From NCBI RefSeq assembly GCF_964355755.1, contig NC_092671.1, positions 1,550,001 through 1,614,000 of the forward strand: DNA of 64,000 nt, written 5' to 3'. Shown here one piece after another: positions 40,011 to 53,069 of this stretch (within the stretch, counting starts at the first letter, position 1; the number at the start of each line of letters is the position of its first letter). This DNA comes from Antedon mediterranea (Eukaryota > Animalia > Echinodermata). Position numbers and translations under genes: made by a program. The notes below the pieces were generated by a model that was not told the origin of the DNA, made no database searches, and saw only the letters and a program-made list of their open reading frames with translations.

Positions 40011-41701
40011 CATCTTGGATCCGTTCTCTTGTGACTTAATTTTTGTTTAGCGCCCTCTATGTTAGCAGTAGCCACTCTTATTTTAGTGAATTTAACAACA
40101 AGAACAAAATAATAGTTGGTTACTTGAATAGTTATCTATTGACGAATATATTGAGTTAAATTTAATTTGACCATTTCATAAATCCGGCAACATAGAAGTG
40201 GGAACCGCTTGTTTTAAAATATAAAATACAATACAAAATAATAAATTACAATAAAAAACATGAACAAATCTCATATCGCTTAAATTATATAGTTTTAAAC
40301 ATTTTTTTGTTATTATACCGGCTTCGCTTCTGATATTTAAATATTAAAGCACTGATAAAGAGCTAGTGTTTTTCTGATTGTTTTACTTTATCGTTTTTGT
40401 TTAGCTTTTTTATTTTATTTTGATCCAGCCACTGATTATTCAGTATAGCCCCCTCTATAGTTGTCTAAAATTTGAATTGTTTAAGTTGTTTTTTTTTAAA
40501 TAACGTGTCTGTTTAAGTTTTTTTGGTTTAATAATTCAACTGTTATACAATCATGTTATGATTTTTTAAAAGTTGTCCTGAATTCACAATGCTTATATAA
40601 CATATTATTTAAATGATACACAGGAGAGCTGATCCAGCCCTCTTTATCGAATTAAAATGTCATGTTGGTATAAAAATAAACAGTTACAAGGAAGAGTGAA
40701 AAGATGTCGGGTTAACCTGTATCTTCAATATGAGCTCAAATAATAATTTATAATATAAAGCACGACTTTTCATTATTTTATTTAGTGAAAATTATGCCAA
40801 TTGAATTTTAAGGGTGAATTGACCCTTGACCCTTGCTCCAGAAACGGACGAACCTCATTCTCTGTCAACCTTTCACAATTCAATGTTCATTCCACCTTTG
40901 TTGTTGTAATCCTTAGTTACATGTTGGCATCCTGTGTCGGTTTATGCGCTAAAACCTTGTCAAACAACCACTCACTATCGACACCCATTAACAGAGCACT
41001 CTCTAACACACTTAATTGTACCGGACTCAAGTATTCTATAAGATCTAAGTTTATTCTATCAGTTTACTCATTTTAATTACTCGTGCGCACTTAACTTTAA
41101 AAAAAAGTTTTAAAAAAGAAGAAGACACGTATCCCAAACCCCGCTAGATGCTTTTATCTTTCCATAATAATAATTCATCAACTTTAACACAACTTTACCA
41201 ATTCTAAATGTTTGATATTTTTAATTAAAATACCGGTAAATATTATTCTTATTTAATTATAGCCATAATTAGCGTTGTATGTGTGAACAAAACTCCTATG
41301 ACAATTAGTAACCATATAAATTGATTTTAAATGGACTAAGATAAATGATAATTTCTCTTTAATAATAACTACTTATTGTATGTTTATAGCGGCACATGTA
41401 TGAATCTCTTCACGGCGTGTTATCATGTAGTAGTAGGCAGCTACACATTTTGAGTGATTTTGGCTTCTTGTTGGAGAATGTCTGTCATGTTTGTTTATTT
41501 TTGTTTCAAATGCGCTGACTGACGACTGTTTAATGAAGACTACTTTTAATGGAAGGTGAGATTATCTTTTTACACGAATGTACTTTTAATTAAAATACAC
41601 ATAACCTTACGACTTTCTTGCTTCTTCATCAGGTGTACCCACAAGTTTGGTTCTCACTATTAGGTCGACGCAACGCAAGTACGTAATTACAACACATGTA
41701 A

Positions 41702-41859
41702 AGCTTGGTTCCCACTAGAACGAAACGCAAGCAAATTGACCAATCACAATGATCGGTTCGAATAATCCATCGCTTGGACGCAATGGATCATACGAACTGT
41801 CGATTGTGATTGGTCGCTTACCTTGTGCGTACGTATTACGTCCAACTGGGAACCAAGCT
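41702..41859. mobile_element. Palindromic MITE family A, plus an extra left-end fragment at about 41643-41690
   Basis: TIR AGCTTGGTTCCCA...TGGGAACCAAGCT with TAA TSD on both sides (41699-41701, 41860-41862). Confidence 0.85.
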
Positions 41860-43890
41860 TAATCGATTAATTTACACGAACAAACCCCTCACACCCGGCC
41901 CTAAATAAAAATGCATATATCCCCTCTCCACTCTTTCATACCATTTCCATAAAAGTTGAATTTGACAATTTCTCTTCATTATGATGCCGTATTAAACATA
42001 TTTAACCTTGTATGTATATTGTAAAGTTAAGGTTGATGTATCAGTGTGTCGGTTGGTCGGTCTGTCTGTCTGTAAGTAAGCCTGAATAGCGCGCGCTTCA
42101 CTGCTAAAATATATAATGCTAAAAAAAGTTAGTGAACAAAATAAGAAAACCAAAGTATGTTTGACTGACGTTGGCATGACAAATGCCGCCGCCATGAGAT
42201 GACTGGGTCAAGAGAGCTTCCGTCGTCTACCAATTCGCATTTATAAACAATAAAGCCTCCCATATGGAGTGAGTGTAACCCCGGGTCAAGCTGTCACTTT
42301 GGTATTTGTTGGAAGTACAGTGCCAAACCAATGATGGTGATCCTTAATTAATACCATGACCCAACATACATTTTGTACTCGCATGTTCGAGTAAAATTCG
42401 AGGGACAATCTCGTTGGTGTAATCATAGAGATGTTATAGTTAACATACATGAGGTACCTCATGGTTCTCAAATCAACTGTTATTGCGCCACCTATAGTTT
42501 AGATGGTCAAGTAACTTGTCAAAAAGTCCATTTGAGGTCACATAAAATGAGATAACTTAATCGTTTCAATATTGTTTGTAAATTGTGTAACTCATTAGGC
42601 TGCACATAAGGCACAGTGTCCTGAGGATGTAAACCCAGCGGGAATTCTTACGTTTCATCGCGTGTGCCATTATGAATTTGACACTACTTGGTCGCAATCT
42701 GTAGGCCTGCCATTACCACATTGAACTTGCACATGTCATCATACAAGAACACATTACACTATAGGCCTACATACAAAAAACGCTACATTTATCTTGGCCT
42801 GTACATTTATATCTGTATATAGGCCTATTTATAGCATATGACCATTTTAGTTTGTGCTTTTTTTTTAAATGTTTGTGTATTGCGTTTTGGGAAAATGGCA
42901 AAAGGCTTCCTACTTTCTAGGATTTTTATCAGATAATCTATAATCTATATTGTTTTGACAACTCTCGTAACATCACTCCGATTTTACCATATCCGCCTAG
43001 CTGTATAGGGCCTAAATGTATAGGGCCTAGCTGTGAGGGCCTAATGTATATATTTTCATACTATTTCTCCCACTCCATGTAATGGTATTTTTTCAAAAAG
43101 AAATGTAGATAGAGGTGTGTGCTTTTCATGCCATTTTGTCGTTGGCTTTGTGCTTTGTTTTTTATATTCGTATGTTTACATGAAGTGATGAAGTCTAATA
43201 GGCCAACATAAATAAATAAACATCAAAAAATAGAGTTTGAGTTCCTCTATTATTTGACATGGTGACTTATTCACTCTGGCTTCTATGTTTTGACAAAAGC
43301 TAGTACAATCACCTTTTTATTGTTGATAATGATAATTAATGGCGGTAATGGTGTTTAAATTGTTCATACCGTTGAGTGATTCGATCGTTAATTTTAGGAA
43401 AGTTGAAAAGTGATGATTGTTGTTTCTGTCGCGACCCCATGACCATGCGACATGTCTTGGTGACAAATTGAGAATAATTGAATGATGCCTCCTCCTTACA
43501 TCTCCTCAGTCATTAACATTTTGGTGACAGTTATGTTAAATTGAGACTTAATAAGGTGGTGTGTAATGTCAACGCGACACTCCAACACACGATTTAGACC
43601 AATTTATCTGTTTTTGATGGTCTTTGGAGATAATGTCAAGATATGATAGAGATGTGAGATATAGGACACCCAGTTATTTCTGGCAGTGACCGTATTCTAG
43701 ATTATAGACTGTGTTTCTTCTTAATAGAGTAAAAAGATAAATATTTTGGCACATGTGGTACTTCATGCGTATAATTGAGCTCAGAAACATATTTTCCAGA
43801 CAAAAATTGAAACACCGAATGGTGGACTACTAAAAAGACAAATTCAATACAGACTTGGGGAAAATCCGATGTACCGTACAGGCCTTATTA

Positions 43891-45150
43891 GGCCAAATAA
43901 AAAAACATACTTGTTAAGCGTCACCGCCCGCTCCTGATTATCCAGCCGCCTCTCTTTTTATTTTTTTTTTTTTTTTACCCATATATAACGGAAAGTTCAG
44001 CGGCCCGGCCCAGCTCCAGAGCAGGGCTCAAAATTCACGCTAGCAACTAGCATTTTGCTAGTAGATTCTTCATAATTGCTAGTTGAAAATTTCAAAAAAC
44101 TAGCAAATGTTTGCTAGGCTGGTGTAATTTTTGAAAAATACGTACTTCTTAGCTTAGCCACGCTAGCTAGCCACCGATCGCTCTTTGTCGACAACGGCAA
44201 TTTGGTGAAAACAATTGTTTCATTTACACGCCGCCGATTTACGTCAAGGAAACGCGAATAGCACCGCGAATCATGTAATGTGGTAAACAGCAGGCTTTTT
44301 CCCCAACACATTAAATCACGTGCATTTAGTACGTCGCTGAGGATTACATCATCAGTCACGTGATTACAGAATACACGATTATCAATTTAGGGATTTAACG
44401 AAATAAATATTTTGCCTACACAGTGGTCGAGGCGCGTTTTTTATAGGTTCGTAAATAGGAAACACCCCATACATAATGGGCTCTACCAATTTTGTTTACG
44501 ATGATCTCGCGCTCGAGATCGGCACACCACGAGGTCCTGTTGGGCGATGGGCCCGGCGATGCGTTTTCTTATGCCTGGTTTACCTGTGTGGAATAATTAC
44601 ACACACTTTTCGCATCACAACTTTAAATACTGATTTACACAGCAATTGGCAAAGGATTCATCAAAGAAGAATGAATACGTTGAATAAAAATTCACTTAAG
44701 AAATGCCGTAAGCTGTTTTCAAAATCAGCCCACTATTTAGTATTATTGAGACCAACATCATGCTTCTCGCGATAGGGAATTTCCTGGATAGATGAGTCGA
44801 GCGAGAGACGGCGGACGAGTGAGTGAGGCGGGGGTGGCAGCTTGGACGGATTAGCCTAGGGCCTACAATTTCGCTCGGTGGCAATTAAATTTAATGTTTT
44901 AATTACGTCTGGATATAAACAATACAAAACTCAATTTTGTCATCGGCAATAATATTTCATACATAGTCAATTTTGTTCTGTTTCGCATTTTAAAAGTTTG
45001 ACGTTTCGTCCTAAAAAAAAGTGGGCCAAAACGTCCATCGCACAAAATTATACCTCCATAAAAAGTAAAAAAAAAAAAAAAAAACCGTCCCCCCGCCCCT
45101 GAAAATTTATGAGGGTGTGACGCTTAACAAGTATTTTTTTTTATTTGGCC
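43891..45150. mobile_element. 1260-bp CpG-rich non-autonomous PIF/Harbinger-type element
   Basis: 34-bp TIR GGCCAAATAAAAAAA(C/A)ATACTTGTTAAGCGTCAC with one mismatch. TTA TSD at 43888-43890 and 45151-45153. Confidence 0.9.
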
Positions 45151-46182
45151 TTACTGTGCGACTCACGTGCATTTTGAAATCATCGGTGTTAAGGAATAGT
45201 ATATTTAATATACTGTCTATCTTATATTGTGGGCTATACTCACATTTTTGTTTAGATTTCATGTAAGAAGAATATATATGTTGTGTCTGATACATTTTCA
45301 TTGTTAATATATTATATTACTTTTATAGTCCAAAGACATTAAATATAGACTATGCTTACATATTGTTTTGATTTTGCTTAGATATTTCTCAGTTGATCTA
45401 GCTTTCAATGATTTGATGATAAAGTGTTTCTTCACCATTATACAACAATTTACTTTTATCACTCAATTTCTTATCTTGGCGTTCGACCTTATCAATAGGC
45501 GTATCTATGATGCTAGGCTCCTCCCATTCAACTGTGGGCGTATCTTACTTACCACACTACATAACCGACGTGAATGACATACGTCTTGTTTTGATTGACA
45601 GCTGCCTGTCATAGATGAAGGTGTGAACAATACCTCATTTTGCTTTTGTTCTTTTGTGAAAGCATTACAAAATAATGATTTCCTTTTTAGTGAAATACTT
45701 GACGAAGTTTTCAAAAATTGGAAATTAACCTTTTTAATTTGCGATAAACCTTATTAACCAGACCTCTGTTATCGTCAAATTGATAAAACTTTTTGAAAAA
45801 AAAATGGATCCCACAGACAAAAAGAAGGAATCTTTTGTTTGTAAAATTATGAAAGTGTTAATTTTTGTTTCTGGAATGTTCTACACAAAATATACGTATT
45901 GATTTGCACAGTAGGCCTATATCGAATAAATATGTGATAATATAGTGCAGTTTAATTATATTTATTTACACGAGAAAAATACATATGAAGTTGCATAAAT
46001 CATGAATATATTACTTTAACACAGTTATTGACAAAAAACAATTAGTTCAATTTAAAATGTCTTACTGTAAGTGCATGTGTTGGACCATTTCATGTTCGTT
46101 AGACTCTTATATTTTTTTGGGCCACTGTGGACCTGGTGGATACGTTTATTCCTTAGACTCCATAGTGTTTCAATTAGGCATA

Positions 46183-46216
46183 CTTACATCATGGACCTAC
46201 AGGTCCATGCTTACAT
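46183..46216. mobile_element. 20-bp hairpin with 7-bp TSD CTTACAT
   Basis: cttacat CATGGACCT AC AGGTCCATG cttacat. Confidence 0.8.
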
Positions 46217-49200
46217 TATAAAGCATTCTGCATGACTAGGGAGTCATGGAGCTCTAGTGTCTCTTTGAAAGTCCCAGACTTAAGAAATAAATAGATAAAA
46301 TGATCATATAAACATCTCTATGAACCAATATTTTCAGATTATACAGTATTACTGTATCCGTTACGATTTGGATAAATGATATGAAACGCTGATATAAACC
46401 TGTGTCCTATATCGCTAATTTTTTTAAAGGGTATATCCGATTTACCACACCACCACAAATTCACCACACTACCACACCTGAACATAAGGTATTACAAATA
46501 GTATGCACTATGCGACTACTGAAAGCTTTTAGATTTGACAGCAAGAATCCGTTTTTGATGAGATATTAGACATGTCTTGTCTTTGAATAAACAAACAAAT
46601 GCCATCATGTAAGCGGAGGTGTGTTAGAGGGCGGTGTGTCGATGACAGGTGATGATGGGCATGTGCTAGTGACGGTGAGGAAGAGTTTGGACATCTGACC
46701 GATTTAACCACTCCTTAGAGACAGAATCAATTTTAAAAGGAAGTGATAGGCCTGATGTTGTTTGATTCTGTACATTTTCGTGCTGCTGTATAATAGATTT
46801 ACTAATCCTATATTGGTAAACACATCTTTAATATTGGTGGGTGATAACACCACCTTTCAATGGTCAGCCCTTGACCGGATGTTCCATTGAAACGTACAGT
46901 TCACGTTGATGCAGTCCGCGAGATTGTGACACGCGTGTAATACATGGTACGCGTGTAATACGTAGCAGCCCAAAGAGTATTATCATCATAATACGCTTTT
47001 TATACCATATATAGAAACTGGCATCAATTTTAATAACTGCGTTCTTATTTTTCCTCAAACACTAACTAATAATTCTGTCGTATAATAACCAATTATAATG
47101 TGATAAGATTAATTATCATTATCATTAATACTGATTATGACACCGACATTAATATCACCGTGTCGATACCATTCAACAGGTGGGGGAGTTCAAGTTTGTA
47201 AGGTGATGAAGCTGTGCTTGTATTGACATGTAAATATGACCCACACACGTCTTTCTCCGGGGATTTAGACTCGTTGACATTTCGTGCAATTTAATCCGTA
47301 CACTCGCAGTCGACAAACACCTAAAATCCACATATCCTGATTGGATTTCATCTACTTTCAAAAAGAACCCCTTTAAAATTAAAGCGTAATAAACGTTTAT
47401 TAGTGATTTTGATGAGAGCGTATGCGCGTCTATGCGGCGCGTTATGTGGATGGGTGACGTGAAAGCAAGAATTGTCGTTGATGTAAGGGGATCATCTTGT
47501 GACCCCCTTATGCTACCACAATATATTAGTTGTAGGCCCTATTCGAGTCGTCGGAAATGTATCAGAGAGTTATGCCTCATGTGCCGTATAGTTTATCCAG
47601 GATATTCATAGGGCATTTTTTAACGTTAAACATAGACATTAGTAATCAAAGGCGCGTATATTATCGACAATCTCGCGCAGGAACTATAAACGCGTTGCAT
47701 GAATATACTTAAACATAAACTTTAACAGCCATCAGGCGAAATATTGTCCGGATGCCCATTCACCTCACTGACCATTCAAATCGCCTTAGGCTAGCGTAAT
47801 GGACGGTTTAAGCTGTTTATTATGTGCTAAACGTCCGTTGAATACCTGATCGCGTCAGTTTTTGTGCGATATTTACCCAATTGAACTTGTAATGCAAACA
47901 TATTGACATTTTCTACACATGTCTCTCATCATCATCTCGCTACCGGCATACTGAATTGAATGTGTTTAGAATATACAAAGAAACATTCAGATTGTCCATG
48001 TTTATTATAAACTGTTCGTTTTGATAAATTTACTCGGTTCGGCATTTGTGGACTTTTCATATTATATTGATGTTTATTCAAATTCAACATAATTACATAG
48101 CTGAAAAAATGCTGAATTGAGTTCTAATTTACATGAGGTAAAAACATCAAAGGTAAAAAAAGTACAACAAATATAAAAATACTAATTCATAACAATATAT
48201 ACATATAGGCCTATAATGCCAAAAACGCGACAGTAAACGATATCAAGAACGTATACATTTTTCCGGTTGAATAATACAATGATATGATTTTATTAGACAT
48301 TTTTCGTAAATATCATTGCTTTTTCTGAATCAATAAAATACGGTACTCATAGGTCCTACTTAGGTCAGGTTGAAAACATGTTTAATAATTTGATAATGTA
48401 CCGTAATGTCTAAAAACGCCGCCCATAGGACGCTGAGAACCATTGGGAACGTCCAATTAGTCGTTAAGAAGGAAGTTCATGAAACAAAAATTGCGGGGTA
48501 CTTAGTCGACACTGTGAGGGGGTCGGATTTAGTCAAATTCCGGGGGTTTTTTATTAAAAGGGAGAGATTTTGGTCAAAGGTGGCACATATTCCGGAGTAT
48601 TTAGTCGACACCATAAGGGGGTCTATTTTAGTGAAATGAAACTAACGAAGCTTTTACTAGAGTGTGATAATTCCAGAAATGAGTTGTTTCGTGACTATTC
48701 AATACTTTCTCTATTGTTTGTACATTGTAAAAAAAGACTGTGACGACACACTGTGAGATTGACTGGTCCTTATTTACACATGAATGACTGATAGGCATGA
48801 TGTGTCCTAATCCATATAAGGGCATTCGTTCTGAATAACTGTTTTCTATATGCAGTTACTAAGTATACTGAATGTTATATTGTTACAGAATTCAGGAATA
48901 TACCATATAATAATATAGGCCTATGTGATTAATTTAGTCAAGCTTGTTCCGGACAGAGACAAGACGAATCGACCATTACAGTTCCAATAATAACGATGTA
49001 ATACTGAGCTAACACGCATGCTCATATTAATCGTTTAAATTATACCGTCGCCTTCATCTTCTGTTCTGTTACAAAAGTTTTCTATCATATTGATTCCGAT
49101 CGACATTTTTTCTTCGTGTTGTAGCGAAAATGTCTTGAGCTCTGGTCGAACCTTGATTTTAGCATGTCTGTATAGGTTAACTATTCCAGAATTAAACACA

Positions 49201-50409
49201 AAACCTGTACTGCATTTGATTGACTTTTTGATTCTCTGTTTATTAAAACCAAATTCAAGAGTGGATTAAAATCCCATTCCTCAGCACGTCAAGCAATTCC
49301 CATAATGTAAATACTCGCTGAGATAGCGGCAAAAAGTTGAATACTGCATACAGCGCAGGAACCCAGTGGACGAATTTCAGTCACTAACTTAATTATCGTT
49401 TCCAATCTTTTTACATAAACTATTAGTAATACTTAAATACGAATAAAATCAAACCAAGGAGTTGTTTATTTAGAATGGTTACATTTAACCAGAATCTGGA
49501 AGACAATGGGATCCCTTTTTTTTTTCCTCGATCCAATTTTTGGTCTAGTTTATAATAATACGTAGCATTCAAATTATCTTTCAGGGGACAATTATAAATA
49601 TAAACAAAATATATTACAGATACATTATTGATAGTCCAAAGTACTTGCAGCAGTTTTTCAGAATATTATACGCATAGATATATTTTTATCTGTGAAGACA
49701 TTTTCTACGGTTATGTAATGAAGAATCATTAGAATAAATGAAGGCTAACGTACTTACTTTCTAATTAAGACCTAATTGGGCACTTTAAGTGCAAAATGAT
49801 TTAACAACCCAAGCGTGCTACTTACAATAATGACTCAACGTAGTTATTTAGACCATGATTTATATTTCTATTCGAAGTAGAACCTTGTCTTTAGTTTATT
49901 TCACTTACAGGCCTAAATTGAGACTTTTAAATTGGAATAGATATTTATAAAAGTTTGTGAGACATCATAGACCCCTTTACAAGTTGCATCAGTTTTGGCA
50001 CAAAATAAAATATTACTTTTATTTTTACGACATTAATATAATATTGTTGTTTTTACATGACCCAACTTGACCTACGAATAATACAAGATGTGGAACATTC
50101 TGCAGAGATTAAACATTTACAACTTTAACAAAGTACGTACTCTTGGTCTTGCAAACTTAGCATAAACATATCAAACAAAATGAATGCTTAATTAGAGTCC
50201 GTTTGCTTCGTTAAAACTCAATAACGTAAATGGGTACTTAGTACCGTAAGTTTACAATACGTTTTGTGTATACTTAAAATAATTATTTTACCTTTCATTT
50301 GACAAGTTTAAGGAGGACACAAGATGGTTTAGTAAATTAAGATAATTCGAACCGATTCACTTTTTTTAAGTTTCCTAATGTTTATATTATCAATGTATAA
50401 CTGTATATT

Positions 50410-50875
50410 GTTATAGCCTTAAATGCGTCAACATTCAATTTAAAAACGTTATTTATAAACGCGTTTTTAATTTTAACGAAACATCCGCACTAATGCCTGT
50501 CATTTACAATTTTATATTTTAGAGTTTAAATCGTCTTGATTTTATGAGAATAAAAAATGAAAGTATCGTATATGTGTATATAGGCCTACCTCTCGTTTTA
50601 AAGCCAATACGAATGTTATAATGTAGCCTAGGCCTAGGCCTATATTGCTAGGCTTTAATGCGTCAGTAATCATTTTAAAAACGTTTTTTATAAACTGTTT
50701 TAAATTTTAATTAAACATTACAATTTTATATTTTGGAGTTGAAATTGTTTGATTGAATTTGTTGACAATAAAAAGAAATTAAACATCGTATGTGAATTTT
50801 ATAATGTATTTGTTTTGGCCTAGGTTTTAATGTCAACAATCAAGTTTTAAACGTTATAAACGCGTTTTTTAAATT
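50410..50875. repeat. Three diverged tandem copies (period about 170-235 bp)
   Basis: aatg(cg)tcaac/gt...aaaacgtt...tataaacgcgttttt recurs near 50420, 50655 and 50828. Confidence 0.7.
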
Positions 50876-52464
50876 CAGACCATAGCCTGGCCGTTCTATA
50901 CAAAGAATAAGTAGAAGATTCAAATATATTGAACAGTTTTGTAAATTAGACGTTATAACATTTTATAACTGCAATCACCGACCAAGGTTAAGAAAGATTG
51001 TAGCTTTATAATTGAAATATCATTAACAGGTCATTTCCATTCAATCTGTTATCCTTGGATTGAAAATAGAAGCTTCTTGAAATGTTCAACATTCGACAAT
51101 TCCAGTTCACACTAAAAGGTGTGAAACGGGGAACAATGATGATGGCCTGGGTGTACAATACCCGAATTAATGACGTGTGAAAGGGTTCATGACACATTGT
51201 CTTATTTCATAGAGTATTGTAGTAAATAGATTCCATTAAGCCAACTGACAAGTCGATGGCAATTTTAATTTGGAATTAATTAAGTGTCTGTTTTGTCAAT
51301 CATAATAATGCCCAACATGTACGTTCATTAACAAGATTTCTTGGTACTAAAATAGTATTAAAATTTGATTTCATAATTTAAAATTACAAAACAGCGGAAG
51401 GGTACAACAGCTAAAAATACATTAGGCCTATATACTGGCCTAGTATTAGGTCAGTTTTATGATTGAAAATATACATAGGTGGAATATACCAGAATAAGAC
51501 TGTACTTATAGACACAAATATTACGGATCTTTTAAACTTATGCATTCACGCCGTATGCCCCTATTTTAAACTTTTTTTCTATTTAATAGGCCTAATATAA
51601 ATGTTTCAATATTTTATTTGATGACATGGTTGCCTTCATTATATTCATAGCATAATACGAAGTTTAAAGTAATTGTTTTTCCTCAACTTTCACGATCGGT
51701 TAAAAAAAACTTTGTGTAGGCAGGTCATGAGAAAAGAAAACAAAACTTACCCCACTACAGACTAGAAGTCTGTAAAAGAACTATCAACTTACAATTATTC
51801 ATTAAAACATGCTTAGTGAGGATTTCATAATTTAGATAAAAACCACTTGAGTAAAGATTTGATAGTCAGTTTGGTAGTTTAATTTAGTTTAGATATAATG
51901 GGTAGTTTAGGTGGTACCCACAGTAAACAAAGGGATACACAGAGTAAAGGCGTTTCAAGTAATACATACTGTTTGGAATGAAACCCAACCAACGACTTTC
52001 AACAATATCATTAACTTTTGTTGGTTATTAAAGATGGTTTGTCATTGACTTGGGAGAATTTACTAATGGACTGTTACCCTATGTGGTCTAGGTTCACTTT
52101 ACGTGGTATATATAGGTATGTTTGATTTACTTAGCCGATGTACATTTGCCCCGGTTTCTGTTGAAATCCAGAGAATGTAAATATACTTAAGTAATGCTTT
52201 TCGAAGACGGTAGCTGTTGTTGATAATGAAGAAAAGAGAAATCCAAACTATGTCAATATAGAATGTATAGTTTAGTAAAAGGAGTTTTTTTGCTAACACC
52301 CGTTTAACAATAGTTCATGATTAGAAAGTTGAAGCAACAACACAGCCAGTCAAACAAAAGAAATCCACAAAGACGCATTGTACGAACGCGCTTACAAATT
52401 GTCTTCACAAATCCTTTTCATAAAACTTTTTTTCAAAGAAAGGGAGTTGAATAAAAAACCAAAT

Positions 52465-52600
52465 CACACGATTGGCTGAGAGTAGATTTATGTGACGTCA
52501 CGTCCAACCGTTACGCTAATTGGGGGATCTATTACATGATTGACAGATTACGTCATTTGTCAATAGACATAATGAGCTGACACATAAATGACAGGCTGGC
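52465..52600 (+). promoter_or_regulatory. Probable Fz5/8 proximal promoter
   Basis: ATTGG at 52471, perfect CRE TGACGTCA at 52493-52500, PBX-MEIS/PREP decamer TGATTGACAG at 52537-52546, and TTACGTCA at 52548. Followed by an ATG-poor leader of about 450 nt. Confidence 0.6.
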
Positions 52601-53069
52601 TTTAGCACCTTGGTGTGATGTGAATTGCTATAGGCCGTCAAACCCACCACACTCGTGCATTATCGAGTTGTTAGCGAAGGAGGAAACACACACTATCTAG
52701 AACCTCCTCTTTGTACAGCCTCCAGCAATTATTAGACATCCGGAAGTTTATATAGTAATATTGGAATCTTGTAACCAGCAGAATACGTCTATTACTTGAT
52801 AACCCAAACCGGACAGGATATTATAATGGTTTTTGAAACCCTGTGCTAAGTTTGATAAAGTCTAAACTAAGTTGAAGATCCGTTCAGGCGAATTTGATTG
52901 GTAGCAGGTATAACGGTTCATCTTGCAAGAAGGTTAGCAAGCATACTGTGTTATTTGTTCTATATTGGTAGCTCAGTGTGTTTCTGTTTGGACTGTTTGC
53001 TGAAGTGCGCCTGATCATACAAACACTTGGTTCTTATACACTTTACCACGTTCATTTCATTGCTGAAAC

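Noticed and set aside
42185-42202. Perfect Kozak sequence GCCGCCGCCATG
   Set aside because: Followed immediately by AGA TGA, so there is no ORF.
48495-48636. 44-bp imperfect direct repeat and 77-aa ORF 48406-48639
   Set aside because: Two copies only, probably an internal repeat of a decayed transposon. The ORF has no recognisable homology.
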